Below are positions 42,210 to 50,858 of a DNA stretch of 64,000 nucleotides, in pieces. Where the stretch lies: positions 416,001 through 480,000 of the forward strand of contig CAVYRH010000026.1 in the NCBI GenBank assembly GCA_963770835.1, in the 5' to 3' direction. A program made the position numbers and the translations under genes. The notes beneath the pieces are model-generated. The model was given only the letters and a program-made list of their open reading frames with translations. It was not told the DNA's origin and made no database searches. Within the stretch, counting starts at the first letter, position 1. Each line of letters opens with the position of its first letter. This DNA is from an uncultured Pseudomonadota bacterium (GTDB lineage: Bacteria; Oederibacteriota; Muellerivitia; Muellerivitales; Muellerivitaceae).

Positions 42210-42491
42210 TCAGCGGTCCTGAAATTCATCCTTGGTGGTGATGTCAATCTCGAAGGTGCGGGTTTGCACGCTCATTTTTGAAACAACCCTAAAGGGATGA
42301 CCCAGGGCCCATTGCCTCTTAAGTTCTGGGGACTGCTTCATGAGTTCCTTGATGTAGGTGTCCAGCAGCCTTTGGCCGTGCTCACGGACGGCCTCCAGGC
42401 TCCGGCGGTCGGGCAGGGCGGACCCGAATTTCTTGATCACGTCGGCTTGGACGACGGCTTTCAATTGGGCCACGATATTTGGGCTTTCCAT
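42210..42491 (-). CDS. Small hypothetical protein (93 aa)
   Basis: Strong RBS AGGAGG 6 nt before ATG; fills an otherwise empty gap; natural amino-acid composition. Confidence 0.65.
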   Translation of the reverse strand: MESPNIVAQLKAVVQADVIKKFGSALPDRRSLEAVREHGQRLLDTYIKELMKQSPELKRQWALGHPFRVVSKMSVQTRTFEIDITTKDEFQDR

Positions 42492-42606
42492 GGTTTTCCT
42501 CCTGGAAAAATACGACTCACTATAATTGGGGGCGTGAATTTGGTTCTATGACCTGGCTTTTATTTTCCGGAAATGATTTTCCCATATTTTCCGCCCTTTT
42601 GTCGGC

Positions 42607-42635
42607 TTGAAACCTCCGGTTAAGTGCCGCATAAT
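42607..42635 (+). promoter_or_regulatory. Putative sigma-70 promoter of ispG
   Basis: TTGAAA-17 nt-CATAAT. Confidence 0.55.
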
Positions 42636-42642
42636 CTAGAAC

Positions 42643-42674
42643 CAGTCGTCAGTCGGCAGTTCGCAGTCGACAGC
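42643..42674. repeat. Half heptamer element (CAGTCGR type) in the ispG 5' UTR
   Basis: cagtcgt-cagtcgg-cagttcg-cagtcga-cag. Confidence 0.75.
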
Positions 42675-42697
42675 AAGGCAAAACTAAAGAGGCATCG

Positions 42698-43798
42698 ATG
42701 GCAGAGCAATTTTACGAAATCCAACGCCGTAAGACCCGCCCCGTGATGGTGGGGAAAGTCCAGGTGGGCGGCGATGCCCCCATTTCCATCCAGTCCATGA
42801 CCAACACCCTGACCTACGAGGTCGATGAGACCCTCGACCAGATCAAGCGCCTGGAAGACGCAGGCTGCGAGATCATCCGCGTGACGGTGGAGAACCAGAA
42901 ATCCCTCAAAGCCGTATCGAAGCTCAAAGCCAAGATGCGGGTTCCCCTGGTGGCTGACATCCATTTCGCCTACCAGATCGCCCTGGGCGCCATCGACGAG
43001 GGCGCGGATAAGATCCGCATCAACCCCGGCAACATCGGCGGCATGGACCGCCTGGCCCAGGTGGTGGAGAAGTGCAAGAAATACAACGTGGCCATGCGGG
43101 TGGGGGTCAACTCGGGCTCGCTTGAAAAGGACATCCTCGAGAAACACGGCCATCCCACGCCGGAGGCCATCGTGGAATCGGCTATGCGGCACATCCAGTT
43201 CATCGAATCCCTCGGTTACCACAATATGATCATCTCCGTGAAGAGCTCCCATGTGCCCACCATGATCCGCTCTTACCGGCTCCTGGCCCAACAATGCGAC
43301 TACCCCTTCCACGTGGGCGTGACGGAAGCGGGCACCAAGATGCAGGGCATTACCAAGAGCGCAGCCGGCATGGGCGCGGTTTTGGCCGACGGCATCGGCG
43401 ACACCATCCGCGTTTCCCTCACCGCCGACCCGGTGGAGGAAGTGAAGGTGGCCACCCACCTGCTGCGGTCCATGGGCTTCCGCAAGGAAGGCGTGGAGAT
43501 CGTGGCCTGCCCCACTTGCGGGCGCTGCCATGTGGACCTGGAATCCATGGTGGACGCGGTGGAGACCGCCACCCTGACCATGAAGACCAATATGCGTGTG
43601 GCCATCATGGGCTGCGTGGTGAACGGCCTGGGCGAAGGCGCCGAGGCGGATGTCGGCCTCTGCGCGGAAAAAGGCCACGGGGTTATCTTCGAGAAGGGCG
43701 AGGTGAAGACCCGCCTGAAGGAAGAGGAACTAGTGCCCCACTTGATCGACGAGATCAAGAAAAGGGCGGGGGAAATAGAGAAAGCCAAGACTTCCTAA
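42698..43798 (+). CDS. ispG: HMBPP synthase (flavodoxin), IspG/GcpE
   Basis: IQSMTNT, PLVADIHF, RINPGNIG, RVGVNSGSL, GIGDTIRVSLT, CPTCGR, MGCVVNG. Confidence 0.97.
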   Translation: MAEQFYEIQRRKTRPVMVGKVQVGGDAPISIQSMTNTLTYEVDETLDQIKRLEDAGCEIIRVTVENQKSLKAVSKLKAKMRVPLVADIHFAYQIALGAIDEGADKIRINPGNIGGMDRLAQVVEKCKKYNVAMRVGVNSGSLEKDILEKHGHPTPEAIVESAMRHIQFIESLGYHNMIISVKSSHVPTMIRSYRLLAQQCDYPFHVGVTEAGTKMQGITKSAAGMGAVLADGIGDTIRVSLTADPVEEVKVATHLLRSMGFRKEGVEIVACPTCGRCHVDLESMVDAVETATLTMKTNMRVAIMGCVVNGLGEGAEADVGLCAEKGHGVIFEKGEVKTRLKEEELVPHLIDEIKKRAGEIEKAKTS

Positions 43799-43830
43799 AA
43801 AGTCCTTCTAATTGTATATTGCTTCCTCTT

Positions 43831-43862
43831 AAAAAAGGGCAGGCCAATTGGCCTGCCCTTTT
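43831..43862. terminator. Probable bidirectional terminator after ispG
   Basis: AAAAAAGGGCAGGCC-AATT-GGCCTGCCCTTTT. Confidence 0.8.
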
Positions 43863-43870
43863 AATTTGGT

Positions 43871-44017
43871 TGTCATTGCGAGTCACGAATTTTGTGACGA
43901 AGCAACCTCAGTTCATGGGTTGTTTAAGCCGTTGCGCCTCTAACGTTATAATTTTTTAAACTGGGGTTGCTTCGCCGTGAACGTCCCGCTATTCGCGGGC
44001 CACTCCTCGCAATGACA
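43871..44017. repeat. REP/RPE-like palindromic element (TGTCATTGCGAG...CTCGCAATGACA)
   Basis: Perfect 12-bp terminal inverted repeat; inner IR CGAAGCAACCTCAGTT / AACTGGGGTTGCTTCG. Confidence 0.8.
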
Positions 44018-44043
44018 GCGATTAAATTTTAAAAAGGTTGTCC

Positions 44044-45774
44044 ATGCGAGTGTCCAAAGCGCTGATCCCGACCGTCAAGGAAACACCCGGCGAGGCGGAG
44101 ATCCCCTCCCACAAACTGATGCTGCGCGCCGCGCTGATGCGGAAAGTCGCCTCCGGCATCTACGAATACCTGCCCCTGGGCCAACGCGCCCTCTTGAAGG
44201 TCCAACGGATCATCCGCGAGGAAATGGAGCAGGGTGGCGCCCAAGAAGTGCTCATGCCCATCTTGACCCCCGCCGAATTGTGGCAGGAGACGGGCCGCTG
44301 GCAGAAGTACGGCAAGGAACTGATGCGGGTCAAAGACCGCCACGAGCGGGACTACGCCCTGGGACCCACGCATGAGGAAGTCATCACCGACCTGGTGCGC
44401 CGCGAGCTCAAGAGCTACAAACAGCTTCCCTTGAACCTGTTCCAGATCGCCACCAAGTTCCGCGACGAGGTGCGGCCCCGTTTCGGCGTGATGCGCAGCC
44501 GGGAATTCCTCATGAAGGACGGCTATTCCTTCGATGCGGACGACGCGGCCTGCGACAAGACCTATTGGATCATGTTCGAGGCCTATAAGCGTATCTTCAA
44601 GCGCTGCGGCCTGACTTTCGCCCCGGTCGAGGCCGATTCGGGCCTGATCGGGGGCAGTTTCACCCATGAGTTCATGGTGCTGGCCGAAACCGGCGAGGCT
44701 GCCATCGCCTGGTGCCAAGACTGTTCCTATTCGGCCAATATGGAAAAGGCGGCGGGAGTTCCCGCGCCTTCCGCGGTTTCCCAAGCCACTGCGGAAGCCT
44801 ATGCCTCCGTGGATACCCCCGGGAAATACACGGTGGAAGAGGTCGGGGCCTTGTTAAAACTCCCGCCCTCCCAATTCATCAAGACCCTGATTTTTCTGGC
44901 CGACGGAAAGCCGGTGGCGGTGTTGGTTCGCGGGGACCACGAAGTCAACGAGGTCAAGGTCCAGAACGCCCTGGGCGCCACGGAACTGGTGCTGGCGCCG
45001 GCGGAAAAGGTCGTGGAAGTGACGGGCGCTCCGGTGGGTTTTGCCGGGCCCGTGGGCTTGAAGGGCGTCAAGATCCTGGCGGACAACGCCTTGAAGGAGG
45101 GCCACGATTACGTGACCGGGGCGCTCGCAAAGGATAAACACCTGGTCCACGTGGAGATGGGCCGGGATTGCGCCGCTCCCTGGTACAACGACTTTCGAAG
45201 CGTTTCCGAGGGAGACGGCTGCCCCAAATGTGGGAAACCCCTGAAGATCGTTCGGGGCATCGAAGTGGGCCAGACCTTCAAACTTGGAACGAAATATTCC
45301 AAGGCCATGAAATGTGTTTACCTGGGCGAGGATGGGAAGGATCACGAGGCAATTATGGGTTGCTACGGTATCGGGGTCACCCGCACGGTGGGGGCCGCCA
45401 TCGAGCAGCACAACGACGCGGACGGCATCCTTTGGCCCATTTCCATCGCGCCCTACGAGGTCCATCTCCTTCTTTTGAACCCCGCCGACCCGGAAGTGGC
45501 CAAGGTCGCGGACCAATGTTACGAGGATTTAAAGAAGGCCGGCTATGAGGTTCTCTATGATGACCGCGCCGAAGCCACGGCGGGATTTAAGTTCAAGGAC
45601 GCGGACCTTTTGGGATTGCCTCTTTCGGTTCGCGTGGGCGCCAAGGGCTTGAAGGAAGGCGGTTTGGAAGTAAAGCGCCGCCGCAGCAAGGACGTCGCCA
45701 AGGTTCCGATCGCCCAGGTGTTGGACAAGGTGAAGGAACTGGCCGCCGAGGAATGGAAGCTCTGCACCCCCTAA
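44044..45774 (+). CDS. proS: Prolyl-tRNA synthetase (bacterial type with INS editing domain)
   Basis: LGPTHEEVIT, KFRDEVRPRFGVMRSREFLMKDGYSF, GIEVGQTFKLGTKYS, MGCYGIGVTR. Confidence 0.97.
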   Translation: MRVSKALIPTVKETPGEAEIPSHKLMLRAALMRKVASGIYEYLPLGQRALLKVQRIIREEMEQGGAQEVLMPILTPAELWQETGRWQKYGKELMRVKDRHERDYALGPTHEEVITDLVRRELKSYKQLPLNLFQIATKFRDEVRPRFGVMRSREFLMKDGYSFDADDAACDKTYWIMFEAYKRIFKRCGLTFAPVEADSGLIGGSFTHEFMVLAETGEAAIAWCQDCSYSANMEKAAGVPAPSAVSQATAEAYASVDTPGKYTVEEVGALLKLPPSQFIKTLIFLADGKPVAVLVRGDHEVNEVKVQNALGATELVLAPAEKVVEVTGAPVGFAGPVGLKGVKILADNALKEGHDYVTGALAKDKHLVHVEMGRDCAAPWYNDFRSVSEGDGCPKCGKPLKIVRGIEVGQTFKLGTKYSKAMKCVYLGEDGKDHEAIMGCYGIGVTRTVGAAIEQHNDADGILWPISIAPYEVHLLLLNPADPEVAKVADQCYEDLKKAGYEVLYDDRAEATAGFKFKDADLLGLPLSVRVGAKGLKEGGLEVKRRRSKDVAKVPIAQVLDKVKELAAEEWKLCTP

Positions 45775-45807
45775 CAACAGTTGATAACTGCCTTTGAAAG
45801 GTTTTAA

Positions 45808-46962
45808 TTGAAAATCGCCCTCGTCACCGACACCTATTTTCCCCGCATCAACGGCGTTTCCACTTCCACGCAGATCTTCGCGGAGGAATTCTCCAAGTTG
45901 GGGCATGAGGTGCACATTTACGCCCCGGCCTATCCCAACAACATCGACGAAAGTAACCACCTGAAGATCTTCCGTTTCCCTTCCTGGTACCTGTTCTTCG
46001 ATCCTGAGGACCGCTTGGCCAAACCCTGGGAAGACCGGAAGTTGGTCCAAAAATTCATCGACACCAAATATGACATTGTCCACACCCAGACACCCTTCAC
46101 TCTCGGCGGCCCGGCCGTGAAATGGGCCCGAAAATCCGGGGCTAAGGTGGTGCATACCTACCACACGCTTTTCGCCGCTTATACCGAGCATTACCTTTGG
46201 TTCCTGCCCAAATGGGTCGGCGTGTCGTACGCCAAAAGCGCCAGCCGCCGTTACTGCAACTCTTGCGACCTCATCATCACGCCCTCAACCGAAATGCGGA
46301 ACGTCCTCCTTAGTTACGATGTGGCTAAACCCATCGAAGTGATACCCACCGGCATCCGGTTGCAAAGGTTCGAGGGAAAGGACCGGGAACGGTTCCGCAA
46401 ATTAAAGGGTTATAAGCCCGAGGACCAAGTGGTGCTTTTCATGGGCCGCGTGGCGGAGGAAAAGAACATTGATTTCCTGATGCGGGTGGTCCACCGGTTG
46501 AAACCCCGGCTGCCGAACCTCCAGTTCCTCATCGCGGGGGAGGGAGCGGCCAAGAAGGGGCTCGAGAAGATGACCCAGGAATTGGGCATGGAGGATTATG
46601 TCCATTTTGCCGGTTACCTGAGCAAGAATGACTGGCGCGATTGTTACGCCGGGTCCGACCTTTTCGTCTTCGCCTCGGTCACAGAAACGCAGGGCCTAGT
46701 GGTAACGGAGGCCATGGCGGCGGAGACCCCCGTGGTGGCCGTGGGGGAAATGGGGATCAAGGATGTGATGGCCACAGGCCGGGGAGGACTGGTGACGCGC
46801 CTGGACGAGGACGAATTCACCGAGGCGGTTTATAAGATGTTGACGGACAAAGCCCTCTACGCCCAAAAGAAATCCGAAACCCTTTCGGAGTCGGAAAAAT
46901 GGTCCTCGAAGGCCATGGCCCACCGGATGATCGAAGCCTACGAGAAACTCCTCAAAGCTTGA
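45808..46962 (+). CDS. GT4 glycosyltransferase (diacylglycerol glucosyltransferase-like)
   Basis: MKIALVTDTYFPRINGVSTS, VHTYHT, GRVAEEKN, FASVTETQGLV.TEAMA. Confidence 0.88.
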   Translation: MKIALVTDTYFPRINGVSTSTQIFAEEFSKLGHEVHIYAPAYPNNIDESNHLKIFRFPSWYLFFDPEDRLAKPWEDRKLVQKFIDTKYDIVHTQTPFTLGGPAVKWARKSGAKVVHTYHTLFAAYTEHYLWFLPKWVGVSYAKSASRRYCNSCDLIITPSTEMRNVLLSYDVAKPIEVIPTGIRLQRFEGKDRERFRKLKGYKPEDQVVLFMGRVAEEKNIDFLMRVVHRLKPRLPNLQFLIAGEGAAKKGLEKMTQELGMEDYVHFAGYLSKNDWRDCYAGSDLFVFASVTETQGLVVTEAMAAETPVVAVGEMGIKDVMATGRGGLVTRLDEDEFTEAVYKMLTDKALYAQKKSETLSESEKWSSKAMAHRMIEAYEKLLKA

Positions 46963-46965
46963 TTT

Positions 46966-47056
46966 ACCACAGAGTTCACAGAGGACACAGAGTTTAAGAA
47001 TGTTTCGAATGAAGAAAAACCCATTTTGCCTTGCCGTTCTCTGTGCCCTCTGTGGT
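46966..47056. repeat. Inverted nonamer-array element (CACAGAGNN) overlapping the start of the next gene
   Basis: ac-cacagagtt-cacagagga-cacagag ... ctctgtgcc-ctctgtggt. Confidence 0.8.
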
Positions 47057-47833
47057 TCAATCCTGCTTTGTTTGGGTTCGGCCCAGGCGGAGGAATGGGT
47101 TTTCCTGTCGCCGAGGACACTTTTTCATACCCTCATCGGCGACCCCCGCGAACCTTATACTGGCATTACCGCCTACCTCAACCAGACCCGTTATGAGGGC
47201 GCGGTGGGGGAAACCTTCGAGTTTTTGCGTTACTCCCCCCCGGACCAGACCCAATGGGGATGGGGCGTTTTCGGGCAAGGATACATCCTGTTGGACGAAA
47301 ACGGTGCCACCTTTCCCATGCGTGCTGGGGACTGGTACGCCGGAATGTACCTTTCCGAAGCCTCAGGACCCTTTTCCCACCGCCTGGAATTCGAGCACCA
47401 AAGCGCCCACTTGGGGGATTCCTTTCAGGAAGCGCGGGCCCCCATTTTTTTCAGTCGGGAAAACTTAAACCTGACCTCCTCTTTCCAACCTTTCGATGAA
47501 TTCCGGCTTTACGCCCGCGTCGGGGATTGGGAGAACATCTATCCAAGGGGGAACGACCCCTTTTTCTGTTCGGTGGGAACGGAAATCTATTCACCCCCGA
47601 CGGACTTTGCCGGAACCTTCCTGCGCACCTACTTGACCGCCGATTTCCAATGGAAAGGCGAAACGCAAAGCCTCAATAAGAATTTCGAACTGGGTATTCA
47701 ATGGAAATTCAAGAAGGAAGAGAGCCGGGACGTGCGGCTGGCCCTTCTTTATTACAACGGACTTTCGGATTTCGGGCAGTTTTACCAGGACCCCGACGAG
47801 CACTGGGGCGTGGGGGTTTACTTTGATCCCTAA
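47009..47833 (+). CDS. DUF1207-like exported/outer-membrane protein
   Basis: Signal peptide; LFHTLIGDPREP, H.SAHLGD, YYNG.S.FGQFY; ends GVYFDP; start is 47000 or 47009. Confidence 0.65.
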   Translation: MKKNPFCLAVLCALCGSILLCLGSAQAEEWVFLSPRTLFHTLIGDPREPYTGITAYLNQTRYEGAVGETFEFLRYSPPDQTQWGWGVFGQGYILLDENGATFPMRAGDWYAGMYLSEASGPFSHRLEFEHQSAHLGDSFQEARAPIFFSRENLNLTSSFQPFDEFRLYARVGDWENIYPRGNDPFFCSVGTEIYSPPTDFAGTFLRTYLTADFQWKGETQSLNKNFELGIQWKFKKEESRDVRLALLYYNGLSDFGQFYQDPDEHWGVGVYFDP

Positions 47834-47845
47834 AACAACATCCAC

Positions 47846-47936
47846 CGCCAAGACGCCAAGACGCCAAGTAAGACAAAAAAATGAATTTTTGAGAAACAAG
47901 AAAAACAAAATGTTTTCTTGGTGTCTTGGCGTCTTG
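47846..47936. repeat. Inverted octamer-array element (CGCCAAGA)
   Basis: cgccaaga-cgccaaga-cgccaag ... cttggtgt-cttggcgt-cttg. Confidence 0.8.
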
Positions 47937-48011
47937 TCCCAAATCCTTCATTTGGGTCAATTGAAAAAGGTCATTTGGGACAATCCCAATTTCCTTAAAT
48001 CGTTATTGAAA

Positions 48012-48818
48012 ATGATATTCGGGATGGCGGTGATATTAGTTTTGCCGGGTTGGCTACGGGCAGGGGAGGACCAGCTTCTCTTCCTGCCGACGCAGCCGGT
48101 TTTTAACCAGATCATCGGCGACCCACGGGAACCCCAGAATTACCTGATCGCGAACCTTTCCTACCCCCGCTTTGAGGGGGCCATCGGGCCGACGCTGGAA
48201 TTCCTCCAATGGCGCCCGTCTGACGGGAGCCGGTGGGGCTGGGGGATCATGGGGGCAAGCTTTATCGAGCTGGATTCCTTGGGGAATTTCGTCTATCCCG
48301 AGAGGGTCAGCGATTGGTACCTGGGCATGTATTTCAGCGAGTCGTCGGGGGATTTCTCCCATCGTTTCGAATACATGCATGTCAGCTCCCATTTGGGTGA
48401 TGAACTTTTTAATTTTATTCCCCGGATCATTTACACCCGGGAAAGCTTCCGATGGACGACCTCCTGGAAGCCCTCGGAATCCTTCCGCCTCTACGCCGGT
48501 GTGGGATATTACCCCCACATCGCACCCGCCGAGCCGCCTCTTTTCGCTCATGCGGGACTGGAATTTTATTCGGATTATTTCGGCTTCCTGCTCGGATCGG
48601 TGGGACGGGCCTATTTCACTTACGACGTGAAAGCCAAGGAAGAGGCGGGAGGCGTCGTGAACCAAAATTTCCAGTGGGGAATCCAGTGGAAATGGAAGAA
48701 AGAAACCCACCAGGCTCTTCGCTTCGCTCTTTCCTACTACAACGGCAACAGCGAATACGGGCAGTTTTACCAAACCAACGACAACCACTGGGGCGCCGGA
48801 ATTTATTTTGATCCGTGA
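48012..48818 (+). CDS. DUF1207-like protein, tandem paralog of 47009..47833
   Basis: IIGDPREP, H.SSHLGDE, YYNGNSEYGQFY; ends GIYFDP. Confidence 0.65.
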   Translation: MIFGMAVILVLPGWLRAGEDQLLFLPTQPVFNQIIGDPREPQNYLIANLSYPRFEGAIGPTLEFLQWRPSDGSRWGWGIMGASFIELDSLGNFVYPERVSDWYLGMYFSESSGDFSHRFEYMHVSSHLGDELFNFIPRIIYTRESFRWTTSWKPSESFRLYAGVGYYPHIAPAEPPLFAHAGLEFYSDYFGFLLGSVGRAYFTYDVKAKEEAGGVVNQNFQWGIQWKWKKETHQALRFALSYYNGNSEYGQFYQTNDNHWGAGIYFDP

Positions 48819-48825
48819 ACGGGGC

Positions 48826-50543
48826 TTAAGGGCGATCTTTAACTACTTGGTAAACATCGAAGGTATTTCCATGGAAAACCCAAAGGAAGGCGGGGTTGAT
48901 GCCATAGTGTTTCACCATGTATTGGCCATATAAATCCAAAAAATCCCTTCTGGCGACGAAATACACATCCTTCCGCCCAACCATGCCCGGCGCAAGGTCC
49001 TGGATATGGAACCGGGCCAGAAGTGCCTTGGCCGGGGGGGTGTTCTGGTCCCAGGTCAGCGAATAAATCGGAAATCCCTTAAAAAGGTCGTAAGGGCCGA
49101 AAACACTCAACTGATCCAGGGGAAATCCCCCTAAGGTCGCCCAAACCACGTAGAGACGATCGCTGCGGGGGGCTAGAGACCTGATGTCGTTTTCAATACT
49201 CCTTTCTTTTTCAATCTTAGCCTGGTTTTCCCGCCATTCCGCCAGGAGAACCGGTCCGGAAAGGACGACCCACAAAACCAAAACCACCCATGCTGCCTTT
49301 TCAAGCCAGGACGGGCGTTTGGTCGCGAAAAAGGCGGGTGGGCTGTCCGGTTCAGCGTAGTAGAGATAAAGAAAAGTTGGGTAAGAAAACAAAGGCAAAA
49401 CGATCCAGGAAACGGTTTTTCTCAGGAAAAAAAAACAGAGAAAGACGAGGATCACCCATAGGAAATTGAAGAGCTCCAAGAAGTATCTTTTTCGGTTGGT
49501 AAAAAAAAAGAAAAGACCCAGAATCAAAAGGCGGTAAAGGAGGAAATCGGTGCGGAACAACCACTCCCAACCCGTTGTTTTTCCCATAAACGGAGGGCCC
49601 GCCTCCGATATGATTTTCTTCAGGTTATCTATATTGAATTGCGGGCCCTGCCAAAACCAGTTTTTGAACATTGAAAAGTCCAAATAATCCCATCCCACCG
49701 AATCGAGGATTTCAGTGAGCCGCGGATTAGCGTCAAGATTCCTGTATTCCACAACCCGAGCGTAAGTACTGAAATAAGGCTGCATTTCCTTCCAGCCGGG
49801 GAACCGGCCGCAATAGAAGCGGTCAAAACCGGTGGTGACCATTAATAGCCCTGCCAGGGCCAGAAAGGCAAGAAGAAGCCTCTTCCTTTGGGAGGGCTTC
49901 AATTGTAGGAATTCGAAACATACAAAAGGGGTCGAAACAGCCAGGGCCAGGAAAGTCGCCTCCAACCGAATGAGGGACGAAAGGAGGACCAAAAGAAATG
50001 CGAGGAAAAAGAAACTCCGCTGACGACCTTGTCGAATCGAGTCCAAAAGCAAAAAAAGCCTGCCAAGGCCGCCCAAAGAGAGGTGAAGGTGAATTCGAAA
50101 TGCATAAAATAATGAAAAAACTCGAAGGGGAAAACGCCGAGAAACAAGGCAGCTTTTTTCCAATCGAAACCTTGCGGCAGCATTAAAAAGGAAAAACAAA
50201 GCATGGAAAGGAAGAACACCGAAAGGTGGAGACAGCCGTACCACTGACAGTGGGGGAAAATCGTATAGAGGGTTTTTAGGGGGAGCCCTAGAAGGACGTT
50301 AAAAAAGATCAAAAACTCCGAAGGCTGGACAATATCTTTCCCTGCTCCCTGGGCCATCAAGGTCATCAACGGGTCGTCCCCGGTCACGAAAAAAGGTTTG
50401 AAGAAGTAAAACCCGATGGCGAATAAAAGAAGGGTTACTCCAAACGGAAGCCAAAGGGCATTGGGAAGGGAGGAAAATTTTTCGGGGGTTGGGGGACTGG
50501 AAAGGAGTTTAATGAACGGTGGCAGCGGCCTTGATTCCGGCAT
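48826..50543 (-). CDS. Polytopic membrane protein (possible GT-C-like surface-glycan modifier) split by a frameshift at a T7 run (~50051-50057)
   Basis: N-part in ORF 49899..50738 (TM, GDDPLM, WYG); C-part in ORF 48826..50244 (SLIRLEA...); the frames join at GF(F)LLLDS; AT-richer than its neighbours. Confidence 0.6.
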
Positions 50544-50772
50544 TGGATTGATATATCGGATTGGTTTCGACCGATCAAGAAAAAACCGACGGATTTCAGG
50601 TTGAAAAGGAACAAAATTCACCTTCTTCCGGGAGCTGACCGTAAGAATGGTTTTCGTTTCGAAAGCTAATTTTAGGTCGCGGATTTTATCGGTCTTTGAC
50701 AAATTTTTTCCATGCAAGAAAATCCTGGCTCGTTTCATGCCTAGCCTGAGGTGGATTCTTTTTTGAAAATTC

Positions 50773-50801
50773 TTGAACTTCTACTCAACCGGTTGTATAG
50801 T
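50773..50801 (+). promoter_or_regulatory. Putative sigma-70 promoter of polC
   Basis: TTGAAC-17 nt-TATAGT. Confidence 0.6.
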
Positions 50802-50858
50802 CCGAAAGAGTTAGCCCCAATCCCTTCCCAACCCCGATAAACAACCGCTGGAGGCAGG

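Noticed and set aside
43800..44043. T-box riboswitch upstream of proS
   Set aside because: No T-box core (GGTGGNACCGCG) seen; the region is explained by a terminator and a REP-like element
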